Of a stretch of 64,000 nt of DNA, positions 8,868 through 18,695 are shown in pieces. The stretch comes from a virus, in the IMG/VR virus record IMGVR_UViG_3300035671_000001, positions 1 through 64,000 of that record; one strand, given 5' to 3'. Position 1 is the stretch's first letter, and each line of letters opens with the position of its first letter. The position numbers and the translations under genes were made by a program. The notes beneath the pieces were generated by a model. That model searched no databases. It was not told the DNA's origin and saw only the letters and a program-made list of their open reading frames with translations.

Positions 8868-10145
8868 ATGGCTGACGAGCCGAGCGATATTCCTGAGGAC
8901 GTCACCGAGCCAGTGCAGCCGGAGCCGGAGCCCGCACCGAAGCCGCCGCCGTCGATGGAAGGCAACGGCAAGAGCGAAACCATCTCCGACAGTGTGCGCA
9001 GGGCGCGGGACGTTATCCCGGTTGGGGATCGCGGCGTCACTCCACAGACTTATGCCCAGTGGATCGATATCGCCAAGGACGTTTGCAAAGCGTACCTGAT
9101 GCTGCCGCAGCACCTGCACAACAACCCGCCGGTGATGGCGGGATTGTTGGAGATCGCTGCACGGTTTCAGCTCTCAGCCTATATGCTGGCCTCGCAGACC
9201 TACGTGCAGAATAACCGACTCTGTTTTCAGGCCCAGGCATTTGGCGCAATCCTTTACGCGTCCGGGCTATTGCGGGGGCGGCTGAAGTTCGAATTCTACG
9301 GCGAAGGCGAGGATATGACTTGCAGCGTCAGCGGGCGGTTCAAGGATGATCCGGACGCAATCTATAGCGCGACGACACCGCCAGTGAAGTTGATCCATCC
9401 CGGCCACACCCAGAAGGAGGGCAAAACCTTTGTTAAGGGCTCGCCACTTTGGGATCGCGATCCGGAGCAACAGCTTTCCTATTTCGCTGAGCGGCGTTGG
9501 ATCAGGCGCTATGCTCCGGATGCCTGCATGGGCATGTACACGCGGGAAGAGATTGACGAGATCGACGAATTCCGCGCCGGCCAGAAGGGGGCGATTCCGC
9601 TGACGGCCGATCGGCTCGGGCAGTTGGATACCGATGAGGGCTGGCGTGAGGGCGCTCATGTCGACATGGACTTGGCCGCCATTGCCCCGGAGCAGCCGGA
9701 GTCTCAGCCCGAGCCCGAGCCCGAGCCGCCTTCGCCGCCGCGAAAACCCCCACGCCGGCCAGCCAGGAAGACCACTGGTGGGCGCAAACCGGTGGCGAAG
9801 GCGAAGGCCACCCCAGCTCCGAAAGCCAGTCCAGGGAGGCCCGCAAAGCCCCGCCGGGGGCGGCCACCATCTCGCGCGGTGATCAAGGAAGTCGTCAAGC
9901 GGGCCGAGCTGCCGCCGCGCCGGGTGACGGCCATGCCTCCCAAGTGGCTGGACTACATCAGTGAGGCTGACGCCTGGATTGCGACCGTCACCAATGAGGA
10001 GAAGGCGGAGCTGAAGTGGGATGCCGAGCGTGAGGCCCGCGATAAACTGCAGGTGCCAATCGGGGAGCGTTCCAGATTGAGAGCCATGCTCGATCGTAAG
10101 ATAGCGCAGCTCCGTCCGAAGCCGAAGACGGAGGACGAGGCATGA
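8868..10145 (+). CDS. RecT-like single-strand annealing protein
   Basis: Follows the RecE-like gene; SPLWDRDPEQQL.Y...R.W.RRYAPD..MG.YT.EE motif. Confidence 0.75.
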   Translation: MADEPSDIPEDVTEPVQPEPEPAPKPPPSMEGNGKSETISDSVRRARDVIPVGDRGVTPQTYAQWIDIAKDVCKAYLMLPQHLHNNPPVMAGLLEIAARFQLSAYMLASQTYVQNNRLCFQAQAFGAILYASGLLRGRLKFEFYGEGEDMTCSVSGRFKDDPDAIYSATTPPVKLIHPGHTQKEGKTFVKGSPLWDRDPEQQLSYFAERRWIRRYAPDACMGMYTREEIDEIDEFRAGQKGAIPLTADRLGQLDTDEGWREGAHVDMDLAAIAPEQPESQPEPEPEPPSPPRKPPRRPARKTTGGRKPVAKAKATPAPKASPGRPAKPRRGRPPSRAVIKEVVKRAELPPRRVTAMPPKWLDYISEADAWIATVTNEEKAELKWDAEREARDKLQVPIGERSRLRAMLDRKIAQLRPKPKTEDEA

Positions 10146-10366
10146 GCATCGGCAAGCGGTATTGGGAATTCACTCATGGGGAGACGTCGCTGCACAAGTG
10201 GAGGAACAAGACGCTCTACATGCCCGACGGCCACGGCTTGTTCAAAGCTGGCGATGTTGTGGGCGTGGTGATTGATACCAGCGAGATGGTCATCGTCTGG
10301 AACCCAGCTAATTCCCCGGAGGGATTCGAGCCAATGGACCCAGAGGAGCCGAAAGGCGGAGAATGA
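10142..10366 (+). CDS. Hypothetical protein
   Basis: ATGA coupling to neighbouring genes. Confidence 0.5.
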   Translation: MSIGKRYWEFTHGETSLHKWRNKTLYMPDGHGLFKAGDVVGVVIDTSEMVIVWNPANSPEGFEPMDPEEPKGGE

Positions 10367-10585
10367 ATGATGCACCAGTCCACTTTCCAATATCTCATGC
10401 CGAACGACGAACAGAAAGAACAGATGGCAGAAGCGCGGCGGGCCGCATTGCAGTATGCCGACGTGCTCGACAAGGTGATCCCAGAGGGGCCGGACAAGAC
10501 TTTCATCATCCGGCAGCTCCGCACCGTCGCCATGTGGGTCAACGTAAGCATAACCAGGAATTCTGATGGAAGCCCACGAGCATGA
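10367..10585 (+). CDS. Acb2/Tad1-like helical hairpin protein (putative anti-defence nucleotide sponge)
   Basis: F.Y..P...Q...M...R......A..LD..IP.GPDK......L....MW.N.SI pattern, recalled as Acb2/Tad1-like. Confidence 0.55.
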   Translation: MMHQSTFQYLMPNDEQKEQMAEARRAALQYADVLDKVIPEGPDKTFIIRQLRTVAMWVNVSITRNSDGSPRA

Positions 10586-11016
10586 AGCTCGTCAGACCTC
10601 ACATTCCGCTCCGGGTGCGGCTTCATGTGATCGCGCAGCAATTGCATGAGCACGGCCAACTCATCGACGTGTTGGCAGCGATCTCTCTCCCGCAGGATAA
10701 AGATCGGCTCACCTTCATGCTCAAGCGGCTGTTTGGCGACGAGAAGGTGCATCTCGATCACGATCCGCCATTGTGCCTGCGAGAAATCATCGACGCCGAG
10801 TGCGGTCTCTACCGTCCCGATGCCAATGATGCGCGCTATCTGGCGTATCGCACCGAGGAAGAGCACCGGCTAAAGACCTTCGTGCGCGGTGATGGTGCGC
10901 AGCTCAGCGATGCGGGCAAGCGGCGCAAGGAGATCAGGCGCAAGCGGAGGGAGATACCGCGTCCATCTCGCTGGCCACCGCGCGGCTCGCGCCCGCTGCA
11001 ATGGAGGCCACGTTGA
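10582..11016 (+). CDS. HNH-like endonuclease
   Basis: HLDHDPPL ... N...YL......H..KT. Confidence 0.55.
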   Translation: MKLVRPHIPLRVRLHVIAQQLHEHGQLIDVLAAISLPQDKDRLTFMLKRLFGDEKVHLDHDPPLCLREIIDAECGLYRPDANDARYLAYRTEEEHRLKTFVRGDGAQLSDAGKRRKEIRRKRREIPRPSRWPPRGSRPLQWRPR

Positions 11017-11227
11017 GGGCGCCCGGCATCCCACCTCCGGTGCGTGGTTGGCGCATGCAGCAACATGAGATCGACGATAACAGTGAGTTCATTGCAGAAT
11101 GTCTGCGGCTATGGGATCAAGGATGCGATACCAAGGACATCGCGACGACCTTGTTCCAACCGGAATCCATTGTGGAAACTGCCGTTCGGCTTGGTCGTGA
11201 GCGACGTCGACGAATGGAGGACTAACA

Positions 11228-11503
11228 ATGGTGGTGAGGAAGAAGCGGCCCGTTTCAAAACGCAAGCGTGTCGCGAAGCCGCCGTATGTCAAGCGAGCGC
11301 GTGAATACCAAAAGCTGATGGAGCAGCTTGGGCTCAATCAGTTGGAAACCGGCCGGATGTTCGAATATTCCGGTCGCGCCTCGCGTCGCTATAAGCGCGG
11401 CGATGGCAAGGTGCCGATGACGGCATTGATCTTGATGCGACTGATGGCGAGCGGCGATCTGACCAAGCGCCAAGTGATGCAGGCGAGCGCGCTTCAGGCT
11501 TGA
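11228..11503 (+). CDS. XRE/Cro-like HTH protein
   Basis: LGLNQ....RMF..SGRASRRY; paralogous to 35388-35603. Confidence 0.65.
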   Translation: MVVRKKRPVSKRKRVAKPPYVKRAREYQKLMEQLGLNQLETGRMFEYSGRASRRYKRGDGKVPMTALILMRLMASGDLTKRQVMQASALQA

Positions 11504-11536
11504 CGACACCCGGACAATATGGCCTAGTCTGCCATC

Positions 11537-12148
11537 GTGTACAGCAGCCGCACCACGATCGTAGTACGCGCGCTGGTTTGCCTGGCGTTGCTCGCAGCCA
11601 TTCTTTTCATTCTCTTTGTGTTGGTGCGGCCAGTTATCGGCGCCGATGTTGTCACCCGGTGCAGTGCAACGCGAGGATCTGATCGCGGGCATTGGGCATG
11701 GCGTGAAGTTGCTGGCCGCAAGTGTTGGTACATAGGCGAGACAGGGCGGGCAAAGGAATTGCTGCGTTGGATCGATGTCGTATCCCCGTCGTCCAACACA
11801 GCGGTGGGACGGCCCGAGGTCGCGGAGAAAGACACCCCGCGTAGGAGTACTCCCGACTTCGTGGCCGAACCCACTATCGAATCGGAATCGAATACAGCGG
11901 AGGCTGTCCCATGGCAAGCGACACCCGAGGATCAGTTCCTAGCCTTCACGTGTTGCTGGCCCGAGCTAACGACGCCATCGGCGCTTTCAACGCCGTCACC
12001 GACGCCGTTAATGAAGAGTCAGGACCGTCTCGGCGTCCCGGAGCTGCCGCGAGCGACGCCGCCGAGTCAGACAATCTGGCCTCTTATATTCCTGCCCGTC
12101 ATCGTGATCGCGGTGTCGGTGTTGTTCGCGAAAAGGAGACTCACATGA
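11537..12148 (+). CDS. Membrane-anchored hypothetical protein
   Basis: Hydrophobic helices at both termini; HWAWR.V.GRKCWY. Confidence 0.55.
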   Translation: MYSSRTTIVVRALVCLALLAAILFILFVLVRPVIGADVVTRCSATRGSDRGHWAWREVAGRKCWYIGETGRAKELLRWIDVVSPSSNTAVGRPEVAEKDTPRRSTPDFVAEPTIESESNTAEAVPWQATPEDQFLAFTCCWPELTTPSALSTPSPTPLMKSQDRLGVPELPRATPPSQTIWPLIFLPVIVIAVSVLFAKRRLT

Positions 12149-12480
12149 GCATGGAAGAAGAATTCGAAAAGATAGTGCCAACATATCGTGCACCTGAACA
12201 ACGAAGCAACGGGCGCACTGACTTCGTGCATCTAGCTGAGCAAGTTGCACAAGCGATGATCCAATCCTGCGAGGAGCAGGTTGCTAAGGCGCAAACTACA
12301 TTGGAGCGGACCCGTAAGGATGCCGAGGAGCTTCTGGCAGCGGTCAAGAGCAAGGATCGTGAGATAGTCGACATGACGAATCGGATCGCAGCGTTAGGCG
12401 AGCAGGTACTTGAAGCAAACCGTGCCTTTCATGCTACGATAGACGCAAGCCAGGAAGATCGAGAGCACCATAAGAGTTGA
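12145..12480 (+). CDS. Coiled-coil hypothetical protein whose 3' end lies in a TIGR unit
   Basis: AAGGAG RBS; stop codon at 12478-12480 falls inside the array. Confidence 0.6.
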   Translation: MSMEEEFEKIVPTYRAPEQRSNGRTDFVHLAEQVAQAMIQSCEEQVAKAQTTLERTRKDAEELLAAVKSKDREIVDMTNRIAALGEQVLEANRAFHATIDASQEDREHHKS

Positions 12481-12809
12481 GCGAGTCATTCCCTCCGAGA
12501 GCACCAAACAAGCCGAGCGAGCCACGAGCGCTGAGTGTGCCCATACACCGGAGCGAGCCAAAGTAGAGGAGAGCACCATTTCCGAGGAGCGAGCCAAGAG
12601 CGGCTAGAGCACCACGCGAGAGGAGCGAGCCAAAAAGCAGAGAGCACCAAATAAGCTGAGCGTTAAGCCAGTGAACGGGTGAGCACCAAGTCGCGCGAGC
12701 GAGCCACGGGCTGGGAGAGCACCACCGAAACTGAGCGAGCCACTTCTACGGAGAGCACCAGACACGTTGAGCGAACCATGACTTCAGAGAGCACCCGAGA
12801 AATTGAGCG
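12445..12809 (+). ncRNA. TIGR array, 10 units
   Basis: 36-nt dual-repeat periodicity. Confidence 0.9.
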
Positions 12810-13122
12810 AGCGTTGCTTCTGTCAATCGAAGAAGATGACTGGAGTAAACGCTCGCTCACTGACGCCAGCGGCAAGGTGATTGGATTCTTCTTGCACCCG
12901 GAGGATCGCGATCTCGCAGTGAGCGCGCTCGAAGCGCAGAGCAACGTGCTCACTATGATGGACACATTCGTCGAGGCGCTATCCTACATTGCCAATCCAG
13001 ATACTGATCCGGAAGCGGCACGCGCGGTCGCTGCCAAGTGCGCTGACAATGCGAAGCGCTATGCCGACTTGTTCTGCAAGATTACGCCCGTCGAATTTAT
13101 AACAACCATAGTGCCATCATAA
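12778..13122 (+). CDS. Hypothetical protein, probably starting within the last TIGR unit
   Basis: In-frame ATG at 12778; a guide matches its DTFVE codons synonymously, supporting this frame. Confidence 0.5.
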   Translation: MTSESTREIERALLLSIEEDDWSKRSLTDASGKVIGFFLHPEDRDLAVSALEAQSNVLTMMDTFVEALSYIANPDTDPEAARAVAAKCADNAKRYADLFCKITPVEFITTIVPS

Positions 13123-13421
13123 GCATGAGCACGTACATGGCGCCGCCAAGCAGGGCGCCGTGCCAGTCTGTTGTCCACCAATAATAACCGACGCAAAAGA
13201 CACCAGCGAGCAAGAGCAGCACGTCGAGGCGGCGGACTTCGAAGCGTCCGAGCTTGTAGATCGGCACGTTGGCCCATTCGCCGAAGCCGTCCCACGCGGT
13301 TGTCACTACTCGCGGAATGCGGATTATCATGTTGCCCTCTGCCACGGCCATCTGCCGGTGAAGCCTCGGTACGCCAGCGTGAACAGTACCACGCCGATCG
13401 CGAACTCAGCCACGGTGTCCA

Positions 13422-13610
13422 TCACCATGGACGCGGTGGAAGTGGCCGCGCTACACCTTTGAAGATGCGGTAGGCGAGCTGCTTGCGTGCGTCCCGAACC
13501 ATCTGCTGAGCGCGTTGATTGGTGACTCCGAACTCTTGCGCGATGTCCGAGAGCAGCGCGCCGCTGAGCCGCATGTCGAGTGCGCGGGCGTAACGGGGCC
13601 AATCCTTCAC
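13422..13610 (-). CDS. Sigma70 region-4-like HTH protein
   Basis: G..LSDIAQEFGVT.QRAQQM. Confidence 0.55.
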   Translation of the reverse strand: MKDWPRYARALDMRLSGALLSDIAQEFGVTNQRAQQMVRDARKQLAYRIFKGVARPLPPRPW

Positions 13611-13930
13611 GACCCGGGCTCCGGTACTGCTATATTTGCTTCACCAAGCAATCCCTCCAGCGTGTCAATTCGCCGTTGCAGTCGCTCGATCTCGCGGCCG
13701 GCAGCGAGCATCACATCATGATTGATGATCATTTGCTTGTTGGCTGCCTCTAAGCGCATGACATCGTTTTCCAAGCGCCTCACATACTCGGAGTCAGAGA
13801 TCTCGGTCACAGCTTGCCCTCCCGTCAGGAACGTCACGATCTGCTCTGATGTTGCTTCAACCACGGCCTTGGGCCGCCTGCGCGGTTGATGGCGCGTGCG
13901 TTCGCTCGGCTTCCAATTGTCAGTAGTCAT
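13607..13930 (-). CDS. Hypothetical coiled-coil protein
   Basis: ORF coupled to 13422-13610. Confidence 0.45.
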   Translation of the reverse strand: MTTDNWKPSERTRHQPRRRPKAVVEATSEQIVTFLTGGQAVTEISDSEYVRRLENDVMRLEAANKQMIINHDVMLAAGREIERLQRRIDTLEGLLGEANIAVPEPGS

Positions 13931-14090
13931 GTCCCCCCACAAGATGGTCGCGGCAGTCAGCCGCGACCGTTGTTAGGTGGGGGCCGTGCCTACCGCGCGA
14001 ATAACGGTCACAGGCCGTGCCCCCTTGCTTTCCCTGATCGCTCCCACTGTCGCTCCATCCGGGGCTGACGTGGGCAGGTTCCGCAAGTGG

Positions 14091-14765
14091 TTAGGAAGCG
14101 AGCTGCTTACGCCGCCGCCAGAACTTAAAGCCGCCGAGGCCGAGCATTCCGAGCAAGCCCGGAAGACCAGCGCCGACGACAGGACCCGGTACCGCTACTG
14201 GCGTTGCCGAGACGACGATACCGAGATTGGTGTTACCGGCAACGCCGTTGGTCGTGATGTCCCAATGCGCCGACAGGTTGAACGGCGACGAGACGTTCCG
14301 CACGTCAAAGAAGTCAGCACCGATGGAGGTGCCGCCGGTGAATGGCCCGGCAGCGTGCAGTGTCACACCGTTGATGTCGGTGAACCCTGACGTCGACCAT
14401 TGCGGAGTCTGCCCGGTCACGTCGAAGTGTGACAGGAAGTCTTGTAGTCCCGTGATGCCGACGATACCCGTAGCATCCACCTCAAGATGCAGGGTATGGC
14501 TGGTGCCCACCGTCGACGACACAGTGACGTTCTGTGCGTTCAACAAGTCGGGGGGAGGCAGAAACCCCTGCGTCGATCCCGATACCAGGAACGAGAAGTC
14601 CGGGGTCAACGCCGGGTTGATGGGACCAACACTAGCCGAGCTTTGGCCGGTGTTGATCGTGGTCGAGCCGCCGCCATCTTCGCTCGCGGTGAACGAGATG
14701 GTTGCCGCCGAGGCGATGGCCGTGGTGGCCAACAGCGCGGCGGTAGCAAGAAGTGCTTTTCGCAT
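14091..14765 (-). CDS. Secreted protein with a PEP-CTERM/VPxP-CTERM-like sorting signal
   Basis: Signal peptide; C-terminal VPGPVVGAGLPGL-TM-RRRK. Confidence 0.85.
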   Translation of the reverse strand: MRKALLATAALLATTAIASAATISFTASEDGGGSTTINTGQSSASVGPINPALTPDFSFLVSGSTQGFLPPPDLLNAQNVTVSSTVGTSHTLHLEVDATGIVGITGLQDFLSHFDVTGQTPQWSTSGFTDINGVTLHAAGPFTGGTSIGADFFDVRNVSSPFNLSAHWDITTNGVAGNTNLGIVVSATPVAVPGPVVGAGLPGLLGMLGLGGFKFWRRRKQLAS

Positions 14766-14796
14766 GTGTGTTTTAGTCCTTTCCTATGAAGAGGAA

Positions 14797-14834
14797 CGCT
14801 CAACTTTCGATGGTACTCTCACCCCATGTGGCTC
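14797..14834 (-). ncRNA. Solitary TIGR unit on the minus strand
   Basis: Reverse complement reads GAGCC-ACATGGGGT-GAGAGTACC-ATCGAAAGTT-GAGCG. Confidence 0.8.
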
Positions 14835-14879
14835 CCACGGCGCGTGCGCCGTGGGGTAACTTTTATAGGGCCTTACGAG

Positions 14880-15623
14880 TTACGCAGGCAGAGCGCCGCC
14901 ATTGCGACGACGACGCCAGAAGTTGAGCCCGAACATGCCGCCACAAGCGGCGACCAATCCGGGAATGCCGGCACCGACGATCGGGCTGGGAACTGCCGAC
15001 ACTTGGGGCACGATGTAGAAAGACTCGCCACCGTCGGATGCGCCGGACCAATCCGCCCGAAACAATAAGCGATGACCGTCAGGGATGCCTGACAAATCAA
15101 AGCCGCTGATCAGATAGTCGGCCTTTCCATTCCCGTTATCAATGACCGGCATGTCCCTGTTACGGAGATCGAAGACGATCCGCGAGCCCGCAGCCGCATC
15201 CAGATCGATCAACTGGAAGAAGTTCAGGTGCTCGTTGTTGTGCGCGGTGTTGATGTCCACCGCGATACCGAACGTGAGGTTGAAGTCGTTAATGGTCGGA
15301 AGCTCCAAGAACGATCGCAAGAACCCTCTCGTATAGGGCGTGACGGTCGTATTATCGTTGTTCGCAAACGCGCCGGTGATCTGACTTGAGAACAAGTTGA
15401 ATGAGTCGTCGTTGCCTTGGCTGTTGAAGTTGTTGTAGCCGAACAGCACGCCGGCGATGGTGGGATTGTGAGCCTGCGTAGTGGCGCAGATCACGCAGGG
15501 GTCGCTGGCCGATTGCGGCACCGGGTTTGGCAATGCGCCAAACGTCAAGTTGTTGACCGCATCGGCCTTGGCTGGAAGTGCGAGCGCCGTCAGCATGCTC
15601 GCGGCAAGTAAGAACTTCTTCAT
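14880..15623 (-). CDS. Secreted protein with a PEP-CTERM/VPxP-CTERM-like sorting signal
   Basis: MKKFLLAA signal peptide; VPSPIVGAGIPGL-TM-RRRR; GAGGAG RBS. Confidence 0.85.
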   Translation of the reverse strand: MKKFLLAASMLTALALPAKADAVNNLTFGALPNPVPQSASDPCVICATTQAHNPTIAGVLFGYNNFNSQGNDDSFNLFSSQITGAFANNDNTTVTPYTRGFLRSFLELPTINDFNLTFGIAVDINTAHNNEHLNFFQLIDLDAAAGSRIVFDLRNRDMPVIDNGNGKADYLISGFDLSGIPDGHRLLFRADWSGASDGGESFYIVPQVSAVPSPIVGAGIPGLVAACGGMFGLNFWRRRRNGGALPA

Positions 15624-15982
15624 ACGTGCTCCTCTGGATGTGGGGGAATCCACCCATATCACCTTACCGAAAATTAAGGTGCCGGCTACAAGTCTTTTTT
15701 GGATTTCACATCTTGATAAAGTGGCAAGTTTGGCCGTCGGCCAAAATGGCCGTTGACGGGATGGCCCTCAAGGGCGGATGGTGCGGTGCTGCAACCGTGG
15801 AGGATGAATATGCAGAGCCTGGCCCCATTGATCGCCAAGTACACCAAGCCCCCGTATAACAACACGCCGGAAGACGTTGAGGAGTGGTGGAAATCGCACC
15901 GCAGTTTGGGCGCTGTGGCTGCGAACCACAAGAAGAAGACGAAAAAAATTCTGAAGCCAAAACCAACTACTGGTACGATGAA

Positions 15983-16059
15983 GTGCGAGCCAGCGAAAAC
16001 GAGAGCACCACAGCAGGAGAGCGAGCCATCGAGGCCGACAGTACCATAAACGACGAGCG
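15983..16059 (+). ncRNA. TIGR mini-array, 2 units
   Basis: GTGCGAGCC-AGCGAAAAC-GAGAGCACC-ACAGCAGGA-GAGCGAGCC-ATCGAGGCC-GACAGTACC-ATAAACGAC-GAGCG. Confidence 0.85.
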
Positions 16060-16365
16060 AAATTTATTTTCGTCGTGACGAACCCAAGCAACACGGGCAC
16101 TTATTGAATCGGAAGGCGGGATCGGTGCCGTACTTGTGCCGGTCCCGCCTAGAGTCAAGTCAGCGAATTGCCGCGAGAAAGCACTGTGCCGCAACGGCTT
16201 CTTGCATTCGACTCGCCGCAAGTCGCAAAAGTCGCGGACCCCATATGCTAGGATGTAAGCGTCGATCGGGAATGAGCCCGAGCGACGGGCTGTTTGATAG
16301 GTGAAGCCCGAATGAGGAAGGCGCGCCAGCCGCGAGCTGACGCGCCTTAGAGGAGAACCAATGCG

Positions 16366-16767
16366 ATGCTTAAGCTAACAGCACGTGAAAGACGTCACAA
16401 GGCCGTCCTTAACAAGATTGCTCGACTGACGCGGGCGCGCAACGAGGGCATCAGAGCCATCGTCGCCGCCGAGACCCAGCTCCCGAAGTTGGAGCGGCAG
16501 GCGCGCCGGAATGAATTGTCGGTGAAGTCAAGGAAGCCGAAGGAGCAGCCGACAAGCCCGGCCTTCGAACGGCACAAAGGTGAGGCGGCCACGATGGTGG
16601 CGATCAAACCGAAGCGGCAGCGCAAACCGAAGGCCAACTACGACGAGGCGCTTTCGCCGGATGCACACATCGCTGACATTCGGACGGCGGAGGCCGATCG
16701 CGAGAAGCGAATGGAGGCTCTCGGCTTCCGCAAGATCAAGCGGAAGAGTGCCTCACCCAGCCTCTAA
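16366..16767 (+). CDS. Basic hypothetical protein
   Basis: GAGGAG RBS; followed by a terminator. Confidence 0.6.
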   Translation: MLKLTARERRHKAVLNKIARLTRARNEGIRAIVAAETQLPKLERQARRNELSVKSRKPKEQPTSPAFERHKGEAATMVAIKPKRQRKPKANYDEALSPDAHIADIRTAEADREKRMEALGFRKIKRKSASPSL

Positions 16768-16776
16768 TTCAAAGTG

Positions 16777-16809
16777 AAGCCGCCGCCCTTAACGGGGCGG
16801 CGGTTTTTT
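16777..16809. terminator. Probable bidirectional terminator between 16366-16767 and the minus-strand array
   Basis: AAGCCGCCGCCC-TTAAC-GGGGCGGCGG-TTTTTT. Confidence 0.75.
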
Positions 16810-16812
16810 GTG

Positions 16813-17178
16813 GGCTCGCTCCTGCGCCTTGGTACTCTCTACAGCGCTGGCTCGCTCATGCAATGTGGTGCTGTCACTTCTTTTGGCTCGCTCTCAAAAC
16901 GTGGTGCTGTCTCTTGATGTGGCTCGCTCGTCCGACTTGGTGCTCTCCACCAATATGGCTCGCTCCGCCGATATGGTGCTCTCAGACTCCACGGCTCGCT
17001 CTCGACCTATGGCGCTCTCAACGGGCGTGGCTCGCTCCGGCGATCTGGTGCTCTCGCGCTGGTTGGCTCGCTCCGGATTTCTGGTGCTCACAGATCACGT
17101 GGCTCGCTCGCTAAGCGTGGTACTCTCGTCTCGTATGGCTCGCTCTCCCGGCTTGGTGCTCTCAGAGACTTTGGCTCG
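16813..17178 (-). ncRNA. TIGR array, 10 units, minus strand
   Basis: Plus strand shows GGCTCGCTC-N9-GGTGCTCTC-N9 repeated ten times. Confidence 0.9.
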
Positions 17179-17293
17179 TCAGCGCCCTCTTTACATTTGC
17201 GGCCATTATGGCCTATGGAGGGACAGCCGCCCCGGCTCGCCGCGCTAACGGACGAGCCAGGACTTGCAAAGGTGACCGTTGGAGGCGGTCGCA

Positions 17294-17797
17294 ATGCCGA
17301 AGCAATCTTTACCAGACTTCCCCTCAAAAGCCAGCATCGATCTAGCGCGCGAGCTGATCGCTGCGGCGAGGAAGTTGCTCGCCGAGGGTGAGGCGATCGT
17401 CCAGAGAGCGCGCGACGTCTACGGCATCACTGCCGAGCCCCGAAATCCGGGACGTGCATGGCCGGGGCCGCCGCCGCCCGAACCTGTGCCCGACTATTAC
17501 CTGAGCGAGCGCGACAAGGCGGACGTCGTTGCCGTCGTCACCATGCTGGGGCTGGCGCGGGTGACGAAGCGGCCGGGCACTCTTAATGCTGCGTTGCGGG
17601 ACGTGGGGGTTCATCTTCAGCGACTGCGGGACGGGGAAGGCCGCGACAAGGTGGCGTGGCTAGAGATCGTCAAATGCGAGTGCGGCTTGGGCAAAAACCG
17701 TGCTTACGAGATCATGGCGTTTTCGAGAAAAACTTTTGCAGAGAAATCAAATGCTTCGCCGGAAAACAGCTCCAAAACAGGGGGTAAGGAGGGCTAA
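17294..17797 (+). CDS. Hypothetical protein
   Basis: GGAGG RBS; C-terminal G..RAYEIM pattern. Confidence 0.5.
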   Translation: MPKQSLPDFPSKASIDLARELIAAARKLLAEGEAIVQRARDVYGITAEPRNPGRAWPGPPPPEPVPDYYLSERDKADVVAVVTMLGLARVTKRPGTLNAALRDVGVHLQRLRDGEGRDKVAWLEIVKCECGLGKNRAYEIMAFSRKTFAEKSNASPENSSKTGGKEG

Positions 17798-18148
17798 ACC
17801 ACTGAAAGAAAACCCAGCAGAATCAAGAGCCGAAAAGGCACCGGGACGGCTCCCTGGCTGCGACGTCGACTGGGAATTGGACCCGGAATTCGATGGCGAG
17901 CCCGAGCATCTCCTACGAGCCCGCGCCATGGAGTGGCAGCTCTCGGAGCTGCGTCGACTGGGCGGCCGCGATTGCGCTTTGCTGCGGCGCGGTACGCTGG
18001 CCGGCGAGATCAAGGACGAGCACCTGCGGGGGCTCAAGAAGGCCGCCGAGATCATCCTCGAAACCTACAATGAGCTTGCGCGCCGGAGCAAACGTGAGGC
18101 GGCGCGGAGAAGGCTGAAGATCGCAACTAAATAGAGGAGGACGCAACC

Positions 18149-18685
18149 ATGCCGAAGAAGACCAAGAAACTGTACACGGCCGACGATGGCAGTGACTTCA
18201 TTCACGTCGAGTTCACCGACGCGCGTTGGCCGGTGGACTTCACGCTCAAGCTTGACGATCACTTCGTGGGCACCGGCAGGAAGGGCCGGCCATGGGAATG
18301 CCTGCTCGTGGTTGGAGCGCAGCTCGCGGCGGCGGGCGATCCGAATCTGTTTCAGCATCCGGTGCTGTACGGCTACGCCGAGGGTTCTGATCTCTACATC
18401 ATGACGGCGAAGTCACGGCGGGCACGCGAGCTGCACCAGTGCGTGCGCTATCATCACAACTTCACCAAGCGACTACGTGCATTCGACACGTTCTCGAAGG
18501 CCAAGTTTCTGCAACAGTTCGGCGCCGATGGTGTGGAGATCAAGCTTACACCACCGCGTCAGCGACGTCCGGGACGTGTGGCTGATCGTGTGCCTGTGGC
18601 TCAGGGGCCGCGCGTGCGGCGAAAGCGGACTTATCGTGGCGCCCGTCGGCGCGCGATCGATGCTGGCTTAGTGGTTCCGGTTTAG
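18149..18685 (+). CDS. Hypothetical protein
   Basis: GAGGAGG RBS. Confidence 0.6.
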   Translation: MPKKTKKLYTADDGSDFIHVEFTDARWPVDFTLKLDDHFVGTGRKGRPWECLLVVGAQLAAAGDPNLFQHPVLYGYAEGSDLYIMTAKSRRARELHQCVRYHHNFTKRLRAFDTFSKAKFLQQFGADGVEIKLTPPRQRRPGRVADRVPVAQGPRVRRKRTYRGARRRAIDAGLVVPV

Positions 18686-18695
18686 GGAGGACGAC

